Positions 37,530-46,513 of a DNA stretch of 64,000 bases are shown here, piece after piece (the first letter of the stretch is position 1; each line of letters opens with the position of its first letter). Source of the stretch: an uncultured Candidatus Saccharibacteria bacterium (GTDB lineage: Bacteria > Patescibacteriota > Minisyncoccia > RBG-13-40-8-A). The notes beneath the pieces are model-generated. The model saw only the letters and a list, made by a program, of their open reading frames with translations. It searched no databases and was not told the DNA's origin. The translations under genes were made by a program, and so were the position numbers. The DNA is taken from the NCBI GenBank assembly GCA_965231075.1, contig OZ246412.1, forward strand, positions 170,019 to 234,018, in the 5' to 3' direction.

Positions 37530-37643
37530 AGAATTTTATGTTATCACATTTAAAAGAATATTTCAAGCACAATAGCCATGACATGTTTATTGTCGTGGTT
37601 ATTATTTTAATCGCCCTAATTTTCTTTGGTCTGGGCCGTCTAT

Positions 37644-38741
37644 CTACGCCCTCTTTGTGCTTGCCTTAATTATTGTGTATTTTTTGTTTTCTTTTTTCGC
37701 TTCCGAAAGTTGATCTTGGATTGGTTGGGGGAGGGTTCTGATTATTTTCTCCAGTTTCTCAATATCATAACCACCAACCCTTAATTGTGTTAAACGTGTG
37801 ATAAAACCAGAATCCCCAAATACTCTTTCAATTTTTTCTCGGTCTAAATAATTTTCAATGATATCTTTTAATTCATTGATTTTTTTATTGTTTTGAGTGT
37901 TGTTGTTTTTCAGGTCCAAAAACTGATTAATAACTTTTTTAATTTGTTCGTCATCAATGGTTGTTTCTTTATATAAATGCTTCCACATTGGGCAGATTTT
38001 TTTGTATCCACACCAATCACAAAGCACTGATGGCATTGGTTCAAATTCACTTTTTTCAATCTTCTTTAATTCTTGCCAAACATGTTTTTGCACCTCATTT
38101 AGCTGTTCTTTGGTTCGATGGGTGGAAATTGTCTCTTGGTGCTTTAAATAGTACAGAGTCAATTTAATGTTTTCAATGCCGTTTTCTATAAATTGCGGCC
38201 AGCGATTCATTATTCCTAGGCAATACAAAGACATTTGCATGCTTTTGTGAATATCTTCTTGAGAAGGTAATTTTTTTGTAGTTTTGTAGTCAATAATTTC
38301 AATTCCGGTTTTAGTTTTATCGATTCGATCGATGATCCCCGTTAAAAGACATTTTTCTTCTTTGTTTTCGGGATTTTCCAGTAAAACTTCAAATCTAGTT
38401 TCGGTGCCAAGTACAGAGAAATTATCTTTAATTTTTAAATAATTTTCGTAATAGTTTTTAAGGATTTTTATGGCTTCGGAAAAATAAATCATATCTTCGT
38501 CTCCCTGAAAAACCGTGCTATCCCAAATGGTTTTAAAATGGTTTAGCAACTCGTCCAAAGTAGGGGAGACGGGATTTTGTTTATGGAACCACTCTAATGC
38601 TTCGTGAAGTTTTCCACCAAAAACCGCCTCTTTTGTTTTAGGGGCCTTTATTTTATCGATAACTTGAAATTTATACTTAAGTGGACACTGTTTAAACGTG
38701 TCTAACGCAGAGTATGAAATTCTCAATGTTTTTCGTTCCAT
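37644..38741 (-). CDS. Cas4-like / RecB-family PD-(D/E)XK nuclease with a 4Fe-4S Cys cluster (365 aa), carrying a ~110-aa C-terminal extension
   Basis: N-terminal Cys (FKQCPLKY), GIIDRID...IEIIDYKT (the PD-(D/E)XK motifs) and C-terminal CDWCGYKKIC (C-x2-C-x5-C). Confidence 0.7.
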   Translation of the reverse strand: MERKTLRISYSALDTFKQCPLKYKFQVIDKIKAPKTKEAVFGGKLHEALEWFHKQNPVSPTLDELLNHFKTIWDSTVFQGDEDMIYFSEAIKILKNYYENYLKIKDNFSVLGTETRFEVLLENPENKEEKCLLTGIIDRIDKTKTGIEIIDYKTTKKLPSQEDIHKSMQMSLYCLGIMNRWPQFIENGIENIKLTLYYLKHQETISTHRTKEQLNEVQKHVWQELKKIEKSEFEPMPSVLCDWCGYKKICPMWKHLYKETTIDDEQIKKVINQFLDLKNNNTQNNKKINELKDIIENYLDREKIERVFGDSGFITRLTQLRVGGYDIEKLEKIIRTLPQPIQDQLSEAKKENKKYTIIKASTKRA

Positions 38742-38742
38742 G

Positions 38743-39591
38743 TTATTTTTCTAAAAATTCGATTGCTTTTTTTGCGTCTTTATAGCCAAGATCAAAAGTA
38801 TCGCTAAGATGTTTTTGGTTTGTGTCTAATAAAAAGGTTATAGGGATTTTTTTGGACGGCGTTAAAAGCATGATATTTTTATGTCTTAATGCTTCTTTTT
38901 TGACGAATTCAATTTTTTTAAAATAATCACGCATCAAATTTTCAATATTTTTGGGCAATGCGCGCGAAGCTTGTTCGAATAAAAATTTTACCACACTTCT
39001 TTCCTGATATTTATTTTCTTTATTGTGAACAATTAAAATTTTGTCAAATTTTTTAATAAAACTTGTTTTAAATGGCAATGGTTCGGCGAGTCCACCATCA
39101 AGGTATTTTATGCCATTTATTTTGACCATTGGATATAGTGGAAAAATTGCGGAGGAGGCATTCATTGCTTTAAACAAATTTTTTTCTGTAGGTTTTATAT
39201 ATTTAGCTTTTCCGGTTTTGAAATCGGTTAAAACATATTGTAAATCAACTTTTGAATTAGCTATCTCTCTCGGTTTCGGCTTACAGGTTTTTTTTATGGC
39301 AACGGTTAAATAGTCTAAATCTAAAACATGTCCTTTTTGATAAACATTTTTGAAATCAACTAATTTGTCAGAATCAATATATTGCTTCCAAAGTTTTTCT
39401 AGTCCGTCTGTGGAATTAGAAATAAAAGCGGTTGAATTATAAGCACCCGCAGAAGAACCGATAATTTTATCGAAATAATTGGGTCCAAATTTTTTACAAA
39501 GTCGATGTAAAACCCCAGCACTATAGGCACCTCGTAATCCGCCCGAACCAACAATTAATAATTTTTTTTGTTTTTTTAAATTTTTTCTCAT
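38743..39591 (-). CDS. Patatin-like phospholipase (~282 aa from the internal start MRKNLKK; the track ORF extends to 39684)
   Basis: Oxyanion hole GSGGLRG, nucleophile elbow GSSAG and the catalytic DGG (YLDGGL). A start at 39591 gives an ATGA overlap with the upstream membrane-protein gene. Confidence 0.75.
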   Translation of the reverse strand: MRKNLKKQKKLLIVGSGGLRGAYSAGVLHRLCKKFGPNYFDKIIGSSAGAYNSTAFISNSTDGLEKLWKQYIDSDKLVDFKNVYQKGHVLDLDYLTVAIKKTCKPKPREIANSKVDLQYVLTDFKTGKAKYIKPTEKNLFKAMNASSAIFPLYPMVKINGIKYLDGGLAEPLPFKTSFIKKFDKILIVHNKENKYQERSVVKFLFEQASRALPKNIENLMRDYFKKIEFVKKEALRHKNIMLLTPSKKIPITFLLDTNQKHLSDTFDLGYKDAKKAIEFLEK

Positions 39592-39989
39592 AGAGCCAAG
39601 AATAAAATGTTTAATAATATAATTATTATGTCTACTAATAAGTAAATACGATTTGTTTTGTGTGGTTGTCTTTGGGTGTGCCAAAGACCAATTTTAGAAT
39701 TTCTGAATTTTTTTATTAAAACCAAGGAAGTGTCTACAATCAACCCTCCAACTGCTCCTAATATAGTGCCGAAAGAATATTGGTAATAACAAAGCAAAAT
39801 TAATATTATGGTTGATATTGTCGCGTCTAAAAATATTATTCTGTCTTGACTTTTTTTGTTATTTGGCCAATAATGAGGAACTTTATCAAATATAAAATGC
39901 AATAAAATCCCCGTCAAAAAAGCGATTATTGGGTTTCCGATAATCTTACCAGCGCTTGCGCCAATTAAGGTGTGATTTATGCTTAACAT
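39588..39989 (-). CDS. Hypothetical small membrane protein (133 aa), first gene of the membrane protein-patatin-nuclease operon
   Basis: 3-4 TM helices. It is tightly coupled to the patatin gene. Confidence 0.45.
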   Translation of the reverse strand: MLSINHTLIGASAGKIIGNPIIAFLTGILLHFIFDKVPHYWPNNKKSQDRIIFLDATISTIILILLCYYQYSFGTILGAVGGLIVDTSLVLIKKFRNSKIGLWHTQRQPHKTNRIYLLVDIIIILLNILFLAL

Positions 39990-40020
39990 GTTCTAATTAT
40001 AAATCATTTTTAAATTATAA

Positions 40021-40052
40021 AAAAGCAGGGGAGAGGAGGTCTCTCGCCCTGC
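40021..40052 (-). terminator. Rho-independent terminator (minus strand), paralogous to the one at 40325-40362
   Basis: On the minus strand it reads GCAGGGCGAGAGACCTCCTCTCCCCTGC followed by TTTTTT. Confidence 0.65.
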
Positions 40053-40060
40053 GGGGGTAC

Positions 40061-40258
40061 TCAAATATTCCTTACGACGAGAATGATGGTGTCCGTGAAC
40101 AGCAAGAACTCCGTACAGCCCATCAGAAAAAGTGCACCAGAGATGGCCCTTGTTTTATCGGGCGCGGTGAGTGGGTTAGTGTTTAGCGCTCTGGCACTAG
40201 AGACCATAAACACAACAAACCAAATCCACCAATACCTAAGGATAAATTCCCAAAACAT
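40061..40258 (-). CDS. Possible small hydrophobic protein (65 aa) bracketed by two similar terminators
   Basis: The ORF has two TM-like segments. No homology recognised. Low confidence. Confidence 0.25.
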   Translation of the reverse strand: MFWEFILRYWWIWFVVFMVSSARALNTNPLTAPDKTRAISGALFLMGCTEFLLFTDTIILVVRNI

Positions 40259-40324
40259 ATTATCCTCCTTGAATTAAAAGATAAATTTATCTTAACGCGC
40301 CTAATTGTTTGCGTCAAGGAGAAT

Positions 40325-40362
40325 AAAAAAGCAGGGGAAAGGAAAACCTCTACCCTGCGGGA
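40325..40362 (-). terminator. Rho-independent terminator after xerD (minus strand)
   Basis: AAAAAGCAGGGGAAAGGAAAACCTCTACCCTGCGGG on plus. On minus it is a hairpin followed by TTTTT. Confidence 0.65.
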
Positions 40363-40390
40363 AGATTCAGAATCTGCGTTGTTTATTATT

Positions 40391-41362
40391 TTATTCCTTT
40401 AGTTTTTTTCCACTATGAAATTGGCGGTGGATGTCGCGGAGGTGTTTGTTGGTGACGTGAGTGTAGATTTGAGTTGTGGCGACGCTTTGATGACCAAGAA
40501 TCTCTTGAACTGTTCTTAGATCTGCTCCTTGGTTTAGTAAATCGGTCGCTAATGTATGACGTAAAACGTGTGGAGTAACTTTTATTGGCAATCCCGCAAG
40601 ATGCGAATATTTTTCTACCATTCTTTCAATCGAACGCACAGTAAGTCGAGAAGGGGAGAGATCGCTCTCTTTCTTGGGTCGATAATTAATAAATAGTGCT
40701 TTGTCGTCATCATTTCTTGTATCTAAATAATGTTTTAACCACCGCACAGCTCTTTCGGAAAAATAAACCGTTCTAACATGTCCGCCTTTTCCCGTGATGC
40801 TTAATTCCACATCTTTGGTGTCAGGTTTTATTTTAAATTGATTTCTATTTAAAGCAACTAACTCGGCAATACGCAATCCAGTAGAGAAGAGGATTTCCAA
40901 AATTGCTCGATCTCGCATCCCGATATTGTGCGACGTATCGGGGGTTAGCAACAATTTCTCAACTTGGTCTAATGTTAAGAACTTTACAGTTTGTTCGCTT
41001 TTTTCTCGTTTGGCTAATTTAATTTTATCAACTGGTAATGATTGAATGTCTCGATCAGTAAAAAAAGTTAATAAATTTCTTAAGGCAATTAAGTAATAAT
41101 TTTGTGTCTTCTTGGTTAGAGTTTTAGGAGAAGTGTCTGAAATAGGTGAGCGGGCCAAAAAGATTCGATACTGCCAGATATGTTCGGACGTCAGTTCGTG
41201 GGGCTTTAAATCTTCATTTTTGGTTGTTTTTAACCAATTGGTAAACTTGTGTAAGTACCGGGCGTAGTTTTCTTGAGTTTTTGATGCCGCACCACGTTCA
41301 ATTTCTAAATACTCAAGAAAATCAGATATATGTTTTATTATGGGAATATTAGATGTCTTCAT
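40391..41362 (-). CDS. xerD: Tyrosine site-specific recombinase, XerC/XerD-like
   Basis: N-terminal SAM-like domain and the C-terminal catalytic region HVLRHTLATDLLNQGADLRTVQEILGHQSVATTQIYTHV, which contains R, HxxR and the Y nucleophile. Confidence 0.85.
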   Translation of the reverse strand: MKTSNIPIIKHISDFLEYLEIERGAASKTQENYARYLHKFTNWLKTTKNEDLKPHELTSEHIWQYRIFLARSPISDTSPKTLTKKTQNYYLIALRNLLTFFTDRDIQSLPVDKIKLAKREKSEQTVKFLTLDQVEKLLLTPDTSHNIGMRDRAILEILFSTGLRIAELVALNRNQFKIKPDTKDVELSITGKGGHVRTVYFSERAVRWLKHYLDTRNDDDKALFINYRPKKESDLSPSRLTVRSIERMVEKYSHLAGLPIKVTPHVLRHTLATDLLNQGADLRTVQEILGHQSVATTQIYTHVTNKHLRDIHRQFHSGKKLKE

Positions 41363-41515
41363 AATCTTTAAAAAATAGTTATAGGGGAGAAGTGCTCGGA
41401 TAAAACCCCCTCTATATAGTCGCTTAACTATGATTGTGCGTCGTTATACTTATATATAACAATGCCCTTTGGCACTCTCTCCTCTTCTATGATTATATAA
41501 TATCTTTAATTAAAA

Positions 41516-42739
41516 TTATTGTAAATATTTTTGTGGATCTAGGTGTGCACCAATTGGCACTGTACCATACCATGTTTTTTGTATTTGAACTGACTCGGAC
41601 GTGTAAACCCCAAAATGCACGTGTGCCCCGGTCGAATATCCCGTGCTCCCCTCATATCCAATAATATCGCCTCTTTTAACCTCGTCTCCGGCCTTAAAGC
41701 TGCCATATCCGGACATGTGGCCATATAAAGTGGTTAGTTTGTTGTCATGTTCTACCATTATCCATTTGCCGTAAGCATACTTGCCACAGTTCCCTATCGC
41801 CAAAATTTTTCCATCACGAGCCGACTTGATTGGCGTTCCATACTTGGTAGATATATCTATGCCATTATGGAACCCGCTTTTATACATTCTCTTGCTAAAG
41901 GCGGTATAACCATATCCTTGAGTTAAAACCCCTTCCATGGGCCAACTAAGGGCCCCAGGACGTGCTTCTACAGAGTTTGGATCAATGGTGGCCTGTATTT
42001 TGTCTTCTAGGTCGAAAATCTGTTGCTCTACCTCTTGTTGTTTTCGAAGGGTGTCATTTAGTAGTGTTTGATATTGCTTTTCTTGTCCTTTGGTTTGAGT
42101 CAAAAGATAATTCTTTTCTTGTTTCTCGCTGTCAATGATTGACTTTTGGTTAGAAAGTTGATTTCTTAATGATGCTAATTGATTTTTTTGAATCTCGGCA
42201 CTAGTTTTTTGTGTTTCCATCTCTCTTTTAATATTTTGAAGGTTGGTGATATTATTCTGGATGCTTTTTTGGATTGATTCCATGTAATGTATTTGGTTTA
42301 CAAAATCAGAAAGATTGTCCTGAGTTAAAACAATTTCCATTAACGATTCCTTATCGTATTCGGCCATGACCTGCAGCAAATCAGAAATTTCTTTTCTTTT
42401 CTTATCAATTTCATCTTGTTTAAGGTCAATGTCTAATGCTAAGGATTCAATTCTTAATGATGTTGCAGAAATTTTACTAGTGGTTACCGAAATATCCCCT
42501 TGAAGCGCTTTAATTCTACTGGCAATAATTGCTAACTGATTATTAAGCGTGTTTTTTTGCGACTGCGTACTTGTTAATTCTTTTTGATATTCGGCTGCTT
42601 GTGCTTCAAGTTGTTTAATTTCTGCCTCTTTTTGATTGATTTGGGCCTGTAAATCGTCAACAAGGCTAGCCGAAGATGGGCTTGGTAATAACCAGCAACC
42701 AAGAAATAAGATACAAATTATAAGTATTGTTTTTCTCAT
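41516..42739 (-). CDS. M23-family metallopeptidase with a long N-terminal coiled coil (EnvC/NlpD-like murein hydrolase or activator)
   Basis: Signal peptide, a ~250-aa heptad-rich coiled coil, and a C-terminal LytM domain (HNGIDIS...HVHFGVY). Confidence 0.8.
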   Translation of the reverse strand: MRKTILIICILFLGCWLLPSPSSASLVDDLQAQINQKEAEIKQLEAQAAEYQKELTSTQSQKNTLNNQLAIIASRIKALQGDISVTTSKISATSLRIESLALDIDLKQDEIDKKRKEISDLLQVMAEYDKESLMEIVLTQDNLSDFVNQIHYMESIQKSIQNNITNLQNIKREMETQKTSAEIQKNQLASLRNQLSNQKSIIDSEKQEKNYLLTQTKGQEKQYQTLLNDTLRKQQEVEQQIFDLEDKIQATIDPNSVEARPGALSWPMEGVLTQGYGYTAFSKRMYKSGFHNGIDISTKYGTPIKSARDGKILAIGNCGKYAYGKWIMVEHDNKLTTLYGHMSGYGSFKAGDEVKRGDIIGYEGSTGYSTGAHVHFGVYTSESVQIQKTWYGTVPIGAHLDPQKYLQ

Positions 42740-44217
42740 TTAAGTAATTCGATTGCCTTTTGAATACGTTTTAATGTCTCGGACTTCCCTAGGATTTCAG
42801 CGATTTCAAATGGACCTGGCGATTTTTCTTTTCCGCTTAATGCAGCACGCAACGGCCACAACAGTTGTCCGCGATCTATTTTCCCGTCAGAATTTATAAA
42901 TTTTTCTGCTTCCGGCAAAAGGATTTGTTTTAACTTTTCGGCTTCAAAATCATCATCTTTAACGTCGCACAATATTGTATATGCTTTATTCAACGAATCT
43001 AGTGTTTTTTGCTTAGGTGCGTCTTTCCCTCCGGGCTTTTGGCCCTGTAGGGCTGGAGGCCATGTTAGCATGTTTGAATTATACTCTGATTCCTCGAAAA
43101 AGAAAGCACTCGACTCCCCTATGTCAGATAGCTTGGTCATTCTTTCTTGTTCGAGTTTAATTATTTTTTCAATCGTTTTTTTATCTAAATTAGAATCCTT
43201 CGGTAAATACGGTAAACATAATTCAGTTAATTCTTTTATGGGCATTTGTTTGATGTATTGGCCATTAATCCAATCCAATTTATCGGTGTTGAATATTGCC
43301 GGATTTCTGTGAACCTTATCCCAATCAAACATTTCAATTAATTCTTTCAAACTTAAAATTTCTTTTTCTCCATCTTTGACACTAAGAATTATAAGTCCAA
43401 TAAAATTAATCAATGCTTCGGGTAAATATCCTTTTTCAATAAAATCCTCTACTGCCACATCTCCTTTCCTTTTACTAAGCTTTCCGCCGTCTTTACTAAG
43501 CATTAGCGAAGGATGAACAAAGACTGGTGGCTCCCAGTTAAAATATTTATACAATAAAATATGTTTTGGCGCAGAAGGAAGCCACTCCTCTCCCCTAATC
43601 ACGTGAGAAATTTCCATTAAATGATCGTCAACGGTGCTAGCGAAATGATAGGTTGGAAATCCGTCTGATTTAATTAAAACCTGGTCATCGATTAAATCGG
43701 ATTTAAATTCAATTTCACCGTGAAGTAAATCTTTAAATTTTATCGTCTCCCCTTCCGGAACCATCATTCTAATGGTGTATGGCGTATTGTTCTTTAAATT
43801 TTCATCAATTATTTGTTGGTCTAAATAGCGACAATGTTTGTCATACATTGGTGCTTGTTTTTTGGCGATCTGTTCTTCGCGCATTTCACCTAATCTTTTT
43901 TCGGTACAAAAACAATAATATGCTTTTTTCTCTTTGAGTAATTGATCGGCATATTTTTTATAGATATCTAATCTTTGAGATTGGAAAAACGGACCCTCGT
44001 CAAATTTGATGCCAAACAAATTGAGTGTTTTGAGTAAAGATTCAATTGCTCCCTCAACAAACCTTTCTTGATCTGTATCTTCGATGCGTAAAATAAAAAC
44101 ACCCTTTTCTTTTCGAGCAAAAAGGTAATTTAAAAGCACCATTCGCAAGCTGCCAATATGCAAAAAGCCCGTCGGCGATGGCGCAAACCGTACCCTAATT
44201 TTATTCTTCTTGGGCAT
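42736..44217 (-). CDS. gltX: Glutamate--tRNA ligase (start taken at MPKKNK; the track ORF extends to 44247)
   Basis: RFAPSPTGFLHIGSLR (the HIGH region) and KLSKRKG (KMSKS). Confidence 0.9.
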   Translation of the reverse strand: MPKKNKIRVRFAPSPTGFLHIGSLRMVLLNYLFARKEKGVFILRIEDTDQERFVEGAIESLLKTLNLFGIKFDEGPFFQSQRLDIYKKYADQLLKEKKAYYCFCTEKRLGEMREEQIAKKQAPMYDKHCRYLDQQIIDENLKNNTPYTIRMMVPEGETIKFKDLLHGEIEFKSDLIDDQVLIKSDGFPTYHFASTVDDHLMEISHVIRGEEWLPSAPKHILLYKYFNWEPPVFVHPSLMLSKDGGKLSKRKGDVAVEDFIEKGYLPEALINFIGLIILSVKDGEKEILSLKELIEMFDWDKVHRNPAIFNTDKLDWINGQYIKQMPIKELTELCLPYLPKDSNLDKKTIEKIIKLEQERMTKLSDIGESSAFFFEESEYNSNMLTWPPALQGQKPGGKDAPKQKTLDSLNKAYTILCDVKDDDFEAEKLKQILLPEAEKFINSDGKIDRGQLLWPLRAALSGKEKSPGPFEIAEILGKSETLKRIQKAIELLK

Positions 44218-44253
44218 ATTCACATTATAGCAAAATAAAAAGGTCAAGGGAAT

Positions 44254-44283
44254 AAAAAAAGAGGAGCTTTCGGGCGTGCTCCC
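44254..44283 (-). terminator. Possible weak intrinsic terminator after murG (minus strand)
   Basis: GGAGC...GCTCC 5-bp stem followed on the minus strand by a T7 run. Confidence 0.35.
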
Positions 44284-44308
44284 CTTTAACGATTGATTGA
44301 CTTGCCCC

Positions 44309-45385
44309 TTATTTGGCGAATTTTAGGATTTCGTCACGGATTAGTTCGGGGGTTTGGGGATTGTAAAATTGTTTAGCCTTTTGGGACATTTCAGATAATT
44401 TTTGAGGATTAGATAACAAATTAGAGATTTGTTCCAACAACATATTTGGCGTTAGGTTTTCTTGTTCTAAAATAATTGCTCCACTGACTGCGCTAAACTC
44501 ATAAGCATTCTCTCGTTGATGATTTTGTGCTGAATTTGGCAACGGGATCAGAATTGATGGCTTCCCCAGTGCAGCGATTTCAAAAATTCCTCCTGCCCCT
44601 GCGCGATTCACGATTAAATCAGCTAAAGCATAGGCATGTTTCTCTTGTTCTGTGTTTAAAAACGGATATAAATGATATTCTGGCGATTGAATTGCTTCTT
44701 TTTCTAATGTTTTGTAATTATTTGTGCCGCAGGCATGAATTATTTCTGCCACCTCAATTAATTTTGGTAAATTATTAACCACTGTTTCATTTATTTTCTG
44801 TGCCCCTTGTGATCCACCAAGAATTAAAACGATTGGTTTGTTTGAAGAAATTTTAAACACTGCCTTTCCAGTATTTTTATCGCCAGTTAACAAGTCTTTT
44901 CTAATGGGATTGCCGATAACAATAATTTTTTCCTGTTCTTTGGGCTTAAAATACTTTTTACTTGTCTCAAAAGATAAAATAATTTTTTTGGCGAATTTAG
45001 CTGATTTTTTAGTTACTAGCCCGGGTATAGCATCTGAGTCGTGGATGATAACGGGAATACGATATAAACGCGCAGCAATCAATACAGGACAACTTCCGTA
45101 TCCACCCTTAGAAAACACTACGTCAGGAATCCATATAAACAAATTAAAAAGTGATTGAATAATTCCAATAAAAGATTTAAATATTTCTATAATTATCATG
45201 GGACTAAAATATCTATGTAATTTTCCGGCCATGATAAATTTTGCTTTGATGTTGCCCAAGTTTTCTTTTGCAAAGCCGTCTGGCCCGAGATATCTAGCCT
45301 CACAATCAGCGGTAAGTGCTTCCTTGATTGCGATTATGGGAAAAACATGCCCCCCCGTTCCGCCTCCCGTAAATAAAATTCTCAT
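44309..45385 (-). CDS. murG: UDP-GlcNAc:undecaprenyl-PP-MurNAc-pentapeptide GlcNAc transferase
   Basis: MRILFTGGGTGGHVFP N-terminus and the GT28 C-terminal domain. Confidence 0.9.
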   Translation of the reverse strand: MRILFTGGGTGGHVFPIIAIKEALTADCEARYLGPDGFAKENLGNIKAKFIMAGKLHRYFSPMIIIEIFKSFIGIIQSLFNLFIWIPDVVFSKGGYGSCPVLIAARLYRIPVIIHDSDAIPGLVTKKSAKFAKKIILSFETSKKYFKPKEQEKIIVIGNPIRKDLLTGDKNTGKAVFKISSNKPIVLILGGSQGAQKINETVVNNLPKLIEVAEIIHACGTNNYKTLEKEAIQSPEYHLYPFLNTEQEKHAYALADLIVNRAGAGGIFEIAALGKPSILIPLPNSAQNHQRENAYEFSAVSGAIILEQENLTPNMLLEQISNLLSNPQKLSEMSQKAKQFYNPQTPELIRDEILKFAK

Positions 45386-45421
45386 AAATTTTTAGGTTAA
45401 TTAGAAATTAGAATAATTAGA

Positions 45422-46513
45422 TTAATTTTGATGCTTAGATATGTTAACTAATATTCCCGCTCCGACCATGGTGATGATCAGTGCTGAACTACCATAGCTT
45501 ACAAATGGCAAAGGGATTCCCGTTAAAGGAATAATCCCAGAAATGGCACTGATGTTTATCAATGTTTGAAAGCCAATCCAACTAGCGATCCCGCAGGCTA
45601 ACAATTTGCCAAATCCATCATTAACTTTGTGACCGATCTTTAATCCCTTAAAAACAAACATTAAAATTAAAATCAAGAAGATTACACAACCCACAAAACC
45701 GATTTCTTCGGCCATGATTGCAAAAACGGAATCGTTCATTGGCTCAGGAAGATAATTGTACTTTTGGATGCTGTGTCCTGGTCCCCTGCCAAACAATCCT
45801 CCAGACCCGATAGCTAGAAGTGCTTGATTAATTTGATAACTGATTCCCTGGGGATCGGTAGAAGGATTAAGAAAAGTCATGAGACGTTCCATGCGATGTG
45901 GAAAAAATTTAATCAAAGCGAATAGCCCAGCAAGATAAACCAGAATTACTATTACAATTTGTGGTATTTTTGCCCCGCCAAGGAAATACAACACAAATCC
46001 CACAATTACAATTAGTCCCAAAGTTCCGGCATCATTCTGTAGCGCAATCAATCCTCCAACTACGGCGGTAATTGCTAGAAATGGAACCAAAGTATTGGTT
46101 GTCCCGGACTGAACCTCTTTTTTGCTAAAAAATGTGGCCAGGTAAATTATTAAAGCTAATTTTAAAAATTCAGATGGCTGGAAATTAATTGGACCTAAAA
46201 TTAACCATCTTTGAGCTCCTCCGTGCTTCATGCCGAGTTGAGGTACAAACACAAGAACACAAAGAATTAGAGCCAAGAAAAAAATCAATAAAGACAATTT
46301 CTTGTAAATCTTATAATCTATTTTTTGAACAATAAAAAATAAAATTAACCCCCCGACCCCGCCATAAATTAATTGATGAACAAAATAGTGATATGGATTA
46401 TTAGTTTGTTCCTGAGAAACAACAAGCGACGCACTAAGAAGCATTCCCAATCCAATCAACAACAAAAATAAAACAACGATTATTAACCATTTGTCTGGTT
46501 TTTTTCCTCTCAT
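45422..46513 (-). CDS. ftsW: SEDS-family peptidoglycan glycosyltransferase FtsW/RodA
   Basis: 10 TM helices. SEDS conserved loops (PSEFLKLALIIYLA, GSGGLFGRGPG). Confidence 0.85.
   Translation of the reverse strand: MRGKKPDKWLIIVVLFLLLIGLGMLLSASLVVSQEQTNNPYHYFVHQLIYGGVGGLILFFIVQKIDYKIYKKLSLLIFFLALILCVLVFVPQLGMKHGGAQRWLILGPINFQPSEFLKLALIIYLATFFSKKEVQSGTTNTLVPFLAITAVVGGLIALQNDAGTLGLIVIVGFVLYFLGGAKIPQIVIVILVYLAGLFALIKFFPHRMERLMTFLNPSTDPQGISYQINQALLAIGSGGLFGRGPGHSIQKYNYLPEPMNDSVFAIMAEEIGFVGCVIFLILILMFVFKGLKIGHKVNDGFGKLLACGIASWIGFQTLINISAISGIIPLTGIPLPFVSYGSSALIITMVGAGILVNISKHQN

Noticed and set aside
37575-37640. A hairpin GGGCCGT…ACGCCC between rpmA and the Cas4-like gene as a terminator
   Set aside because: The stem is imperfect and no U-run follows on either strand. 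I have left it unannotated.
39956-40277. Plus-strand ORFs (76 and 64 aa) across the xerD-proximal intergenic region
   Set aside because: They span the two minus-strand terminator hairpins and have no promoter or RBS context. They are probably non-coding.
40391-41362. Treating the integrase as the marker of an integrated mobile element or prophage
   Set aside because: Its length and C-terminal motif match chromosomal XerC/XerD closely. I saw no flanking direct repeats, tRNA or phage structural genes, so I have not annotated a mobile element.
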